DNA of 39,257 bases from a bacterium (GTDB lineage Bacteria > Patescibacteriota > Minisyncoccia > Phycocordibacterales > Phycocordibacteraceae): contig JAJYHF010000019.1 of the NCBI GenBank assembly GCA_021784875.1, positions 1-39,257 on the forward strand, read 5' to 3'. Both the position numbers and the translations under genes were made by a program. Under the pieces are notes generated by a model. It was not told the origin of the DNA. It searched no databases and was given only the letters and a program-made list of their open reading frames with translations. Numbering within the stretch: the stretch's first letter is position 1; every line of letters starts with the position of its first letter. Positions 29,628 to 37,793 of the stretch are shown here, one piece after another.

Positions 29628-30176
29628 ATGAAGCCCTTACTCCGATCCTGGTTCGCCGGTGATGCGGTCGCGCTGGCGCCGAAGCTCTTGGGAAAGATCG
29701 TGAAGAAAGGCTCCTGCACGGGCATCATCGTCGAGACGGAAGCATACACGACCGATCCCGCGTCTCACGCCCATAGCGTGACGACTCGCTCCCGCATCAT
29801 GCGCGACACCTACGGCCACTGGTACGTCTATTTCACCTACGGCATGCACTGGTGTGTGAACGTGACGACGAATAAGGGCGGCACCGGCGCCGTCCTCATC
29901 CGCGCGGTCGAACCGATCGATGGTATCACCGCCATGAAGCGACGAAGGAAAACTGAGGCGCTCCGCAACCTCTGCAGCGGCCCGGCCAAGTTCTGCCAAG
30001 CTTTCGGCGTCACGGGCAAAGAGAACCAGACATTGGTTGGAGGCGACTTCGCGATCTTCGACGCGCCAGAGATACCGATGAACCAGGTTGCCACGTCAGT
30101 CCGGGTCGGCATCAACGGCAGGTCCGATCTCCCTTGGCGCTTCTTCATCAAGGACAATCCGTTCGTGAGCCGCTAG
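29628..30176 (+). CDS. mpg: DNA-3-methyladenine glycosylase (MPG/AAG family)
   Basis: LLGK, IVETEAY, DPASH, YVYFTYGMHWCVN, AVLIRAVEP, SGPAKFCQA, RVGI, PWRF. Confidence 0.92.
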   Translation: MKPLLRSWFAGDAVALAPKLLGKIVKKGSCTGIIVETEAYTTDPASHAHSVTTRSRIMRDTYGHWYVYFTYGMHWCVNVTTNKGGTGAVLIRAVEPIDGITAMKRRRKTEALRNLCSGPAKFCQAFGVTGKENQTLVGGDFAIFDAPEIPMNQVATSVRVGINGRSDLPWRFFIKDNPFVSR

Positions 30177-30186
30177 CGCATCCGGT

Positions 30187-30272
30187 TTGCCCGCCCTCCG
30201 ATTCCCTGCTATCGTCCGCTTCGGGTAGGCCCGGTTTCTGGGTCTGAATGTTGTTTTACAGGGAGGTAGAGA
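30187..30272 (+). promoter_or_regulatory. Promoter plus structured leader, copy 1 (pyrF)
   Basis: TTGCCC-17 nt-TATCGT with TG extension, hairpin AGGCCCGG-TTT-CTGGGTCT, AATGTTGTTTTACA, SD GGGAGG. Confidence 0.75.
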
Positions 30273-31244
30273 ATGGAGACGTTTACCGACCGCCTTCAGA
30301 AGGCGATGCGGGTAAAGGAGAGTGTTTTGTGCGTCGGGTTTGATCCGCAGCTCAAGTTCATACCGCCGCACCTCATCAAGGAAGCGATAAAATTCAAAGG
30401 GAGAACGTGGGAGGCCTTGGAATACTGCTTCCTTAAGTTCAACCTTGGAATCATGGACGCGGTCGAGCCGTACGCGGCAGTGATCAAGCCGCAGGCTGCG
30501 TTCTACGAGGCGAGCTATCAGTTGTGGCACGCGCTCGAGCAGACTATAAACTGGGCTGAAAAGTGTGAGCTCCTCGTCATCAAAGACGCCAAACGTCTGG
30601 ACGGAGGCGATACAGCGGATGCATATGCCCAGACTCACATTGGCATGGTGCCCTTCTTCGACGGAAAGATGATCAAGTCCCCACTCCGTACGGATGCAGT
30701 GACTATCGGCGGATCAATCGGCGAAGATTGCATCTCCAGATTCGTAAAGGAGATGAAGGCGCACGGAACCGGCGGATTCGTGGTCGACAAGACATCGTTC
30801 AAGCCGAACTCCGTCATAGAGCAGCTCGTGACGGAAAATGGTCTCAGCGTCTGGGAAGAACTCGCCTATTACGTCTCCATGTGGGGTGAAGGGACTGAAG
30901 GCGAGAACGGCTACCGAAACCTTGGCGTCGTCATGGGAGCTACATATCCCGAAGACGCTCTTAGGATGCGGAAGATTCTGCCGAATGCTGTCATGCTTGT
31001 TCCTGGTTACAGCCTGCCGGACAGCATCGGTCAAGGCGGAACAGCAGACGAAGCAGTCGTTTCCTTCAACGACGACGGCTTCGGTGCAGTGGTCAACGCC
31101 TCGCGAGCGATTATTGCCGCGTGGCAGAAGGGACCTTTCGCATGCGATCCAAAGGATTTCGCCAAGGCAGCAGGACAAGCCGCAAAAGCCGCTCGCGACG
31201 ATCTGAACGAGGCACTCAAGCGCGCGGGCAAGTATCCCTTCTAA
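30273..31244 (+). CDS. pyrF: Orotidine-5'-phosphate decarboxylase (long, type-2 form)
   Basis: LCVGFDP, IKPQAAFYE, catalytic DAKRLD (DxKxxD), GVVMGATYP, LVPGY...QGG, VNASRAI. Confidence 0.88.
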   Translation: METFTDRLQKAMRVKESVLCVGFDPQLKFIPPHLIKEAIKFKGRTWEALEYCFLKFNLGIMDAVEPYAAVIKPQAAFYEASYQLWHALEQTINWAEKCELLVIKDAKRLDGGDTADAYAQTHIGMVPFFDGKMIKSPLRTDAVTIGGSIGEDCISRFVKEMKAHGTGGFVVDKTSFKPNSVIEQLVTENGLSVWEELAYYVSMWGEGTEGENGYRNLGVVMGATYPEDALRMRKILPNAVMLVPGYSLPDSIGQGGTADEAVVSFNDDGFGAVVNASRAIIAAWQKGPFACDPKDFAKAAGQAAKAARDDLNEALKRAGKYPF

Positions 31245-31264
31245 ATATCGATCATTCGGTTCGA

Positions 31265-31299
31265 AAAGGCCACGACCTGTGTCGCGGCCTTTGCCTTTT
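31265..31299 (+). terminator. Terminator after pyrF
   Basis: AAAGGCCACGAC-CTGT-GTCGCGGCCTTT stem followed by GCCTTTT. Confidence 0.7.
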
Positions 31300-31306
31300 C
31301 TGTCGC

Positions 31307-31393
31307 TTGCTCGCTACCCTCTTCCTTGCTATCGTCCGTGCGGAGCCCTGTTTCGGGGCTAAATGTTGTTTTACACGGGAGGAAAAGAAAAAG
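31307..31393 (+). promoter_or_regulatory. Promoter plus structured leader, copy 2
   Basis: TTGCTC-17 nt-TATCGT with TG extension, hairpin AGCCCTG-TTT-CGGGGCT, AATGTTGTTTTACA, SD GGGAGG. Confidence 0.75.
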
Positions 31394-31795
31394 ATGAGTG
31401 GCGCGAAAAAAGTAGATGACTTCAACACAGGGAAAACTCTGAATGAGCTGGCGAGGACGTATGCACATGTTGTCCTGGAAAAGTTCACGAAGAGGGACAA
31501 ATTTCTTGGCTTCGAAAGCTTGTATGGTGAAGACATAATCGTAGGTCCCACCGCAATGGTTTTGGACTTGTTGTGCGGGAATGTAAACCCCCCGATTCAC
31601 TTTGGCTCAAAGATCGAGCCCGGCAACCGTGTCCTCATTATGAACGGCACGACTTCCGCCGAGCAGGCAGCAAGACTTGTCGAATATGTTACGAGATCAA
31701 ACGCTATCCCAGTCGGTCTCGTTTCTTTCCCTTTCTCTGGCGCTAAAGAATTCGAACAGAAGTATGAGGTGCCAGTACATATCGTTACTCTGTAG
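31394..31795 (+). CDS. Degenerate orotate phosphoribosyltransferase (PyrE)-like protein, 133 aa
   Basis: FNTGKTLNELARTYA, GNRVLIM and EFEQKYEVPVHIVTL resemble PyrE segments; PRPP-binding DD motif is missing; SD present; next to pyrF. Confidence 0.55.
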   Translation: MSGAKKVDDFNTGKTLNELARTYAHVVLEKFTKRDKFLGFESLYGEDIIVGPTAMVLDLLCGNVNPPIHFGSKIEPGNRVLIMNGTTSAEQAARLVEYVTRSNAIPVGLVSFPFSGAKEFEQKYEVPVHIVTL

Positions 31796-31800
31796 AAAGA

Positions 31801-31843
31801 CCCGCGGTGCACTGTGTGCACCGCGGGATTCTCATTTTTATTT
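31801..31843. terminator. Terminator between the PyrE-like gene and convergent typA
   Basis: CCCGCGGTGCAC-TGT-GTGCACCGCGGG perfect 12-bp stem, T-rich downstream. Confidence 0.75.
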
Positions 31844-33631
31844 TCAGCCTCGACGTGCGCGGGCGCGGTCGGTCTCGGTGAGGTACTGCTTGCGCAGGCG
31901 CACGGACTTGGGCGTGATCTCGAGATACTCGTCGTCGGCCATCACCTCGAGGCCGCGTTCGATCGAGAGTTCGTAGGGCGGCACGAGGTCGATCGCCTCG
32001 TCGGTACCCGAGGCGCGGACGTTCGTGAGATTCTTGTTCTTCGTCGGGTTCACCATCATCTCCTCGCCCTTGCTTGTGTTGCCAATCACCTGTCCCTCGT
32101 AGACTTCGGTCGCGGGCGTGATGTAGAGGACCCCACGTTCCTGGAGACCCCAGAGCGAATAGCCGAGCGCCTTCCCCGTCGCCATCGAGATCATCGAGCC
32201 GACCTGTCGCTTCTTTATCTCGCCTGCATAGGGCTTGAAGCCGACGAAGCGCGACGAGAGGATGCCCTCGCCTTTCGTGTCGATGATGAACTGGTTCTTG
32301 TAGCCGAGGAGGCCGCGCGTCGGGCCCTGGAGCGTGAGGCGCACGCCGCCGCCCTCGGGCCGGAGGTCCTGGAGAACGAAGGCGCGAAGCCCGAGCTTCT
32401 CGATGATCGCACCCTGAAACTCCGAAGGCGTATCGATGACGACCTCCTCGAAGGGCTCGAGCTTCTTCCCTTCTTCCTCGCGCGTGATGACCTGCGGCTG
32501 CGAGACCTGGAGCTCGTAACCCTCGCGACGCATATTCTCGAGCAGGATCGCGATGTGGAGCTCGCCGCGGCCGCTCACTTTGTACGCATCCGCGCTCGAG
32601 AATTCGACGCGCAGGCCGACGTTGACCTCGAGCTCCTTCTCGAGCCGGTCGCGGATCTGGCGCGAGGTCACGAACTTCCCTTCCCGCCCGGCGAAGGGCG
32701 AGTTGTTGACAAGGAAATCGAGCGTGATGGTCGGCTCGTCGACGGCAATCGCCGGCAAGGGCGCGGCCGCAGGGTCGGTCGTCACCGTCTCGCCGATGTA
32801 GATGTCGGGGAGGCCGGCGATAAGGACGATGTCGCCGGCCGACGCCTCCGCCGCCTCGACGCGATCGAGACCTTTGAAGGTGAAGAGCTTGGTCGTCCTC
32901 CCCGTCCGCGCCTCTCCGTCCGGCTTCTTGACGATGACATTCTGGTTCGGCTTCACGGTGCCTTGGTAGATGCGCCCGACCGCCATCCGACCGAGGAAGT
33001 TGTCATAAGCGAGATTGAAGGGCTGGAGCACGAGCGGCGCGCTCGCGTCCGTCCCGACGTTCGCCGCCGGGACCTTCTCAAGGATCGTATCGAGGAGCGG
33101 CGTGAGGTCCTTCCGTTCATCGTCAAGTTTCTTCATCGCGACGCCTTCGCGCCCGATCGCGTAAACCACCGGGAAATCGCTCTGTTCGTCGGAAGCGCCG
33201 AGCTCGAGGAAGAGCTCGAGGACCTGTTCCTCGCAGCGGCCTGGGTCGGCGGCCGGCTTGTCGATCTTGTTCACGACGACGATGGGCTTCAACCCGAGTT
33301 CGAGCGACTTCTTCAGCACGAAGCGCGTCTGCGGCATCGGCCCCTCAGCCGCGTCGACGACGAGCAGCACCGAGTCGATCGAGCGCAACACGCGCTCGAC
33401 CTCGCTTCCGAAATCGGCGTGCCCCGGCGTGTCAACGATATTGATCTTCGTGCCCTTATACTCGACTGCCGTATTCTTGGAGTAGATGGTGATGCCGCGC
33501 TCGCGCTCGAGCGTGTTGCTGTCCATCGAGACGCCCTCGGCGACGGCGCCCGTCTGGCGCATGATGGCGTCGGTCAAGGTCGTCTTCCCGTGGTCGACGT
33601 GCGCGATGATAGCGATATTCCGGATTTCCAT
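31844..33631 (-). CDS. typA: Translational GTPase TypA/BipA
   Basis: [64 protein letters not shown]. Confidence 0.96.
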   Translation of the reverse strand: MEIRNIAIIAHVDHGKTTLTDAIMRQTGAVAEGVSMDSNTLERERGITIYSKNTAVEYKGTKINIVDTPGHADFGSEVERVLRSIDSVLLVVDAAEGPMPQTRFVLKKSLELGLKPIVVVNKIDKPAADPGRCEEQVLELFLELGASDEQSDFPVVYAIGREGVAMKKLDDERKDLTPLLDTILEKVPAANVGTDASAPLVLQPFNLAYDNFLGRMAVGRIYQGTVKPNQNVIVKKPDGEARTGRTTKLFTFKGLDRVEAAEASAGDIVLIAGLPDIYIGETVTTDPAAAPLPAIAVDEPTITLDFLVNNSPFAGREGKFVTSRQIRDRLEKELEVNVGLRVEFSSADAYKVSGRGELHIAILLENMRREGYELQVSQPQVITREEEGKKLEPFEEVVIDTPSEFQGAIIEKLGLRAFVLQDLRPEGGGVRLTLQGPTRGLLGYKNQFIIDTKGEGILSSRFVGFKPYAGEIKKRQVGSMISMATGKALGYSLWGLQERGVLYITPATEVYEGQVIGNTSKGEEMMVNPTKNKNLTNVRASGTDEAIDLVPPYELSIERGLEVMADDEYLEITPKSVRLRKQYLTETDRARARRG

Positions 33632-33635
33632 AAAT

Positions 33636-33667
33636 GAAAAACGCCCGTGGGCGATGCGGGCATTATA
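33636..33667 (-). terminator. Hairpin/U-tract after the NRAMP-like gene, overlapping the typA -10 box
   Basis: Minus strand reads TATAATGCCCG-CATCGCCCA-CGGGCGTTTTTC. Confidence 0.5.
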
Positions 33668-33679
33668 CGACAAAACATT

Positions 33680-34969
33680 CTAGACCGCCAGCGACGCGAT
33701 AGCGGCAATGCCGGAGACGGCCATGAAGGCGACCGTGACCCAGCCGAGCCAGGCAGTGAGACGAGAATTGCGATGCTCGCCCACGACCGACGCATTGCCC
33801 GAGAGCTTCACGACAAAATAGAGGATGAACGGCGCAGCGATGCCGTTCGCGACCGCAGAATAGATGAGCATCTTGATCGGATTGAGGTGCATGAAGTTGG
33901 CGGCGATGCCGAGGACCATTGAGATGATAATGACGCTATAGAAGGCGCGAGCCTGCTTGAGCTTGCGCGAGAGGCCGACACGCCAGCCGAAGCTTTCGGA
34001 AAGCGCATACGCGGTCGATCCGGCAAGAACCGGTACCGCGAGAAGACCGGTTCCGACGATCCCGAGCGTGAAGAGGAGGAATGCGAACTCGCCGAATGGC
34101 TTCAGAGCAAGCGCAGCCTGGTCCGCCGTCTGAATGTCATGGATGCCGTGCACATAGAGCGTTCCGGCACACGCTGCGATGATGAAGAAGGCGACCGCAT
34201 TCGAGAAGGCCATCCCGCTCCAGACGTCGGTGCGCATCGCGCGTATGGCCTCGGCATGGTTCCCATGCCGCCGCGCATGGACCGTCTTCTCGCCCCGGGC
34301 GACCTCTTCCTCGACTTCTTGCGCCGTCTGCCAGAAGAAGAGATAGGGCGAGATGGTCGTCCCGAGGATCGCGCAGACGAGGAAGATCTGGCCGCGCGAG
34401 AAGGAGAGCGAGGGCACGAGCGCATGGCTCATCACCTGCCCCCAGTCGAGATGAACCACGAGAGCGACCGCGACATAGGAGAGGAGCGCGAGCGAAAGAT
34501 ATTTGAGATATTTCGCGTAGCGCGCATAGGTGGTGTAGATCTCGAGGAAGAGGATAAGCGCGCCGAAGAACACGACAAGCGGCCCGACTGCGAGCCCCGG
34601 CATCACGAGACGCGTCGTAGCGGCCATCGCGCCGAGGTCGGCGGCGATGTTGAAAGTGTTCGCGAAGAAGAGGATGGCCGTGATGCCATAGAGAACGTAT
34701 CGCGGATAATGGTGGCGTATGTTCGCCGCGAGTCCTCTCCCCGAGACGACGCCGATGCGCGCGCACATCTCTTGCACCGTCGCCATGAAGGGATAGGTGA
34801 GAATCATCGTCCAGATGAGGCCGAGGCCGTACTGCGCACCAGCCTGCGAATACGTAATGTTCCCCGAAGGATCGTCATCAGCCGCGCCGGTCACGAGCCC
34901 CGGCCCGAGCGTATGCCAATACGCCGCCGCGTCTTCCTCGATCTTCTTCGCTTCCGCCTTCATCTCCAT
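33680..34969 (-). CDS. NRAMP-related divalent metal transporter
   Basis: LGPGLVTGAADDDPSG, QEMCARIG.VSGRGL, ILGTTISPYLFFWQ; about 11 TM segments; TATACT 6 nt before ATG 34969. Confidence 0.85.
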   Translation of the reverse strand: MEMKAEAKKIEEDAAAYWHTLGPGLVTGAADDDPSGNITYSQAGAQYGLGLIWTMILTYPFMATVQEMCARIGVVSGRGLAANIRHHYPRYVLYGITAILFFANTFNIAADLGAMAATTRLVMPGLAVGPLVVFFGALILFLEIYTTYARYAKYLKYLSLALLSYVAVALVVHLDWGQVMSHALVPSLSFSRGQIFLVCAILGTTISPYLFFWQTAQEVEEEVARGEKTVHARRHGNHAEAIRAMRTDVWSGMAFSNAVAFFIIAACAGTLYVHGIHDIQTADQAALALKPFGEFAFLLFTLGIVGTGLLAVPVLAGSTAYALSESFGWRVGLSRKLKQARAFYSVIIISMVLGIAANFMHLNPIKMLIYSAVANGIAAPFILYFVVKLSGNASVVGEHRNSRLTAWLGWVTVAFMAVSGIAAIASLAV

Positions 34970-35065
34970 CGCTCCAGTATACGCGAGCGGCATCCCGAGA
35001 CGGAAAGAATCCCCCGCCCCGCGCGTATGAAGTATCCGTGAGCGTTAGCAGATAACCGAATATCC

Positions 35066-35620
35066 ATGCAAGCATTGAAACGCAGTATTCTTGCGATTGT
35101 AACCATCCTGGTGAGCGTCGGCGCGCTCGCCTTCCTCGTCCCCGCCTTCGCCGAGGCGGCTCCCGCCTGGACAACGCAGCCAGGAGTCGCCACCTCGACG
35201 CTTCACGCAAACGTCCGCGCGCGCGCCGAGTGGGCGCATGCCCGGCACGCTGAGCGCGCGGCGAGAGTGAGGCTATCCGCCCTTATCAAGGGCAACGGCG
35301 AGCCGATCGTCGGCGGCACCGTCTCCGCAGTCAGCGGCTCGACCCTCACCGTCACGACCAAGAGCAGCATCGCCTATACGGTCGACGCTGCGAGCGCGAC
35401 GGTAATCAAGGATCACGCGACTTCGACGCTCGCGAGCGTCGCGCAGGGCGATGCGGTCGTCGTCCAAGGTACGGTCAACGGCACCGCGATCACGGCCTCA
35501 TCCATCATCGACCAAGCGGCAACTCCTGCCGGCACTTCGCGAAACAGTGTCACGGGAGCGGCGCACCGCTTCTTCGGCGCAGTCGGCGGATTCTTTACCC
35601 GCCTCTTCGGATTCTTCTGA
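35066..35620 (+). CDS. Secreted protein with OB-like domain (DUF5666-like)
   Basis: Signal peptide, GTVSAVSGSTLTV...G D.VVVQG pattern, amphipathic C-terminus GGFFTRLFGFF. Confidence 0.7.
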   Translation: MQALKRSILAIVTILVSVGALAFLVPAFAEAAPAWTTQPGVATSTLHANVRARAEWAHARHAERAARVRLSALIKGNGEPIVGGTVSAVSGSTLTVTTKSSIAYTVDAASATVIKDHATSTLASVAQGDAVVVQGTVNGTAITASSIIDQAATPAGTSRNSVTGAAHRFFGAVGGFFTRLFGFF

Positions 35621-35639
35621 TTCCTGAACCATAAATAAG

Positions 35640-35680
35640 AAAGGACGCGTCCATCCCTCCCGGGATGGCCGCGTCCTTTT
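35640..35680. terminator. Bidirectional terminator between convergent genes
   Basis: AAAGGACGCG-T-CCATCCC-TCCC-GGGATGG-C-CGCGTCCTTTT. Confidence 0.8.
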
Positions 35681-35694
35681 CCTCAAGCGCCAGG

Positions 35695-36066
35695 TCAGCC
35701 GATCGAGAAGAGGAACAGGCCCACGACGACCATGACGAGGCCGTAAAGGTTGACGGTATCGAGGAACTTCTTAGTGACGAGCTTATGCAGCTTCTCGGGG
35801 ATGAAGATCCACGCGAGCCCCTTGAAGAGGATGAGCCACATGAGTATCGTCACGATCGACCGCCACGTCCCGTCCCACACATCCGCCTGGATAAGGAAGA
35901 TCGTCGAGAGGAAGACGAGCACGATACCGATGACGTACGTGATGGCAGGGTGGTCGAAGAGATCCTTGAGGAGCGCCGGGAGCGTCTTCCCTTTGAACAT
36001 GAGAAAGAGGCCGCTGATGACAAAATAGATGCCGAGAATCTTCGCGGCGATGAGAGAGATTTCCAT
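35695..36066 (-). CDS. Small 4-TM membrane protein of unknown function
   Basis: Four hydrophobic segments, good codon usage, TATACT box upstream. Confidence 0.75.
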   Translation of the reverse strand: MEISLIAAKILGIYFVISGLFLMFKGKTLPALLKDLFDHPAITYVIGIVLVFLSTIFLIQADVWDGTWRSIVTILMWLILFKGLAWIFIPEKLHKLVTKKFLDTVNLYGLVMVVVGLFLFSIG

Positions 36067-36110
36067 TGATGAATCCGTTATCCGTTAATGCCCCCAGTAT
36101 ACCCTGCCCG

Positions 36111-36836
36111 TCAGATACCCTTCTTCAGATAGTGCTCGAGCGTGTAGATCCAGTCCGCCTCGGCGGCGGGGTTCTGCTTCTTCTGAGCGAGCAGCCACTC
36201 GAGATAGTTCCGGTCGCTCGTCGCCACCTCCTCGAGCCTCTTCCCCGCGTATTTGCCGAAGCGGATGGTGGTGAAGAGCAAGGGGCGCGCCGAGACCGCG
36301 AGCATGGCTCCGAGCGCGGCTTCTTCCGTCCCGTGCCGCTCCTTCATCTTGACCAAGAGCCGCTCGAAGAGCGCTTCGAGCACGAGCACGTCGCCCCACG
36401 CGTCGTGCGCCTCCGCCTCGATCTCGAGACCTAAGAGATAACGGAGATACTGGAGGCGGTAATTAGGCAGCGTGTCCTCCGGGTCGAGCGCGTAGGCGAC
36501 CTTGTAGGTGCAGATAACCTGCTTCGACTGGATGCCCTCGCGGCCGAGCATCGCGAGATCGAAGGCCGCGTTGTGCGCGACGGCGATCATCTCCTTGTTC
36601 TCGAAGAGGTCCTTCACGCTCGCGTACTCCGGCGCGTCCTCGAAGGACGGCTTTCTTTCCACCATCTTCTCGGTGATGTGGTGAATCGCCATCGACTCGA
36701 TGGAGATGGGTACCGGCGGCTTATAGAGCGCATTCACGAGCGGCTCATCGACGTAGCGCTCCTTGATCGCAAGCTGACAGAGGCGATCCTTCTCGCCGTT
36801 CCCCGTCGTCTCCGTGTCGAAGAAGATGATGCTCAT
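36111..36836 (-). CDS. DEDDh 3'-5' exonuclease (exonuclease X-like)
   Basis: FFDTETTG, AHNAAFD, HDAWGD motifs; C-terminal FGKYAGK...YLEWL module. Confidence 0.88.
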   Translation of the reverse strand: MSIIFFDTETTGNGEKDRLCQLAIKERYVDEPLVNALYKPPVPISIESMAIHHITEKMVERKPSFEDAPEYASVKDLFENKEMIAVAHNAAFDLAMLGREGIQSKQVICTYKVAYALDPEDTLPNYRLQYLRYLLGLEIEAEAHDAWGDVLVLEALFERLLVKMKERHGTEEAALGAMLAVSARPLLFTTIRFGKYAGKRLEEVATSDRNYLEWLLAQKKQNPAAEADWIYTLEHYLKKGI

Positions 36837-36888
36837 CCCGCCATTCTACCAGCCGACACCCTATAATAGGAATCAGCGCTGGCGATCC

Positions 36889-37371
36889 TCACGCGTTCAA
36901 GGACCAGAGGGTGTAAGCGAGATAGGTCGCGAAGGTGACCCAGGCGAGATAGGGGGCGAGGAGCCAGGCGGCCGCGCGCGATACGCGGGCGAAGGCGGCG
37001 ATCGTCACAGCGATCGCGAGCCAGAGAAGGACGATCAGGGCGAGCGCGCCCGAGAGCGAATGGAGACCGAAGAAGACCGGCGACCAGACCGCATTCAGGA
37101 CGAGCTGGATGAAGAAGAGCCGGAGCGCGCGACGACGCAAGAGCGGGGCTGTGCGCTTATTGCGCCACACGAGCCAGGCCGCGACACCCATAAGGAGATA
37201 AAGCGTCGTCCACACAGGACCGAAGAGCCAGGAGGGCGGCGCGAACACCGGCTTCGCGAGCGCCGCATACCAGACCGGAATGGCGGAGACGGTGAAGAAC
37301 GCGCCGATCGCGCCCGCTGCCTCGCAGAGGACGATCCAACCTAGAAGAGCGAAGATACGGGAGCGGATCAT
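36889..37371 (-). CDS. tspO: TspO/MBR tryptophan-rich sensory protein
   Basis: WYAALAKP.FAPPSWLFGPVWTTLY, QLVLNAVWSPVFFG, LAPYLAWVTFA. Confidence 0.93.
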   Translation of the reverse strand: MIRSRIFALLGWIVLCEAAGAIGAFFTVSAIPVWYAALAKPVFAPPSWLFGPVWTTLYLLMGVAAWLVWRNKRTAPLLRRRALRLFFIQLVLNAVWSPVFFGLHSLSGALALIVLLWLAIAVTIAAFARVSRAAAWLLAPYLAWVTFATYLAYTLWSLNA

Positions 37372-37372
37372 G

Positions 37373-37792
37373 TTAGGTATGGCGACGAAGCGAAAACCAC
37401 TTCCAGGCTACTAAGAGGAGCGAAAGCACGGAAACGACTTCGCCCGCGAGACGCGCCGCATCGTCGCGATAGAAGGGAAAGAGATCTATGCCGATACCCG
37501 TGAAGCTGACCGGCGTCGTCGCGACGAAGATGAACGCAAGCGGAAACGCCCATACGGCGAAGCGGAACCAGCTCTTGAACGCTTCACGCGGAATGAAGAT
37601 GAGGATGATGGCGAGGGGGAGAAAGTAGAGGGAGAAGAAATATATTGGATATGTTATTTCTGGAATCATCCGATCTATTATCGTATGGTAACAAATTTGA
37701 CCGGCACCAGCACACCATTGGCTAAAGTAACTGAAACCAATAACCACAAGGGCAAGCAAAGCCGGAATAGTCTGGAACAGTTTCGATTTCAT
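37373..37792 (-). CDS. Hypothetical 4-TM membrane protein, 139 aa
   Basis: Hydrophobic ORF tightly packed between neighbours (1-nt gaps); 5' half is AT-rich. Confidence 0.7.
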   Translation of the reverse strand: MKSKLFQTIPALLALVVIGFSYFSQWCAGAGQICYHTIIDRMIPEITYPIYFFSLYFLPLAIILIFIPREAFKSWFRFAVWAFPLAFIFVATTPVSFTGIGIDLFPFYRDDAARLAGEVVSVLSLLLVAWKWFSLRRHT

Positions 37793-37793
37793 A

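Noticed and set aside
30216..30266. PyrR-binding attenuator upstream of pyrF
   Set aside because: No ARUCCNGNGAGGYU PyrR loop and no terminator/antiterminator pair in the leader.
29568..31843. Possible integrative element at the tmRNA 3' end carrying the lower-GC pyrF module
   Set aside because: No integrase and no duplicated ssrA 3' end seen; mpg between them looks native.
36073..36087. ATCCGTT tandem repeat in the leader of the 123-aa membrane gene
   Set aside because: Only two 7-bp units, with no other copy or cognate regulator visible.
36860..36870. CCTAT-A-ATAGG palindrome upstream of the exonuclease
   Set aside because: 5-bp arms are too short to support an operator call; similarity to the 26616 repeat is limited to ATAGG.
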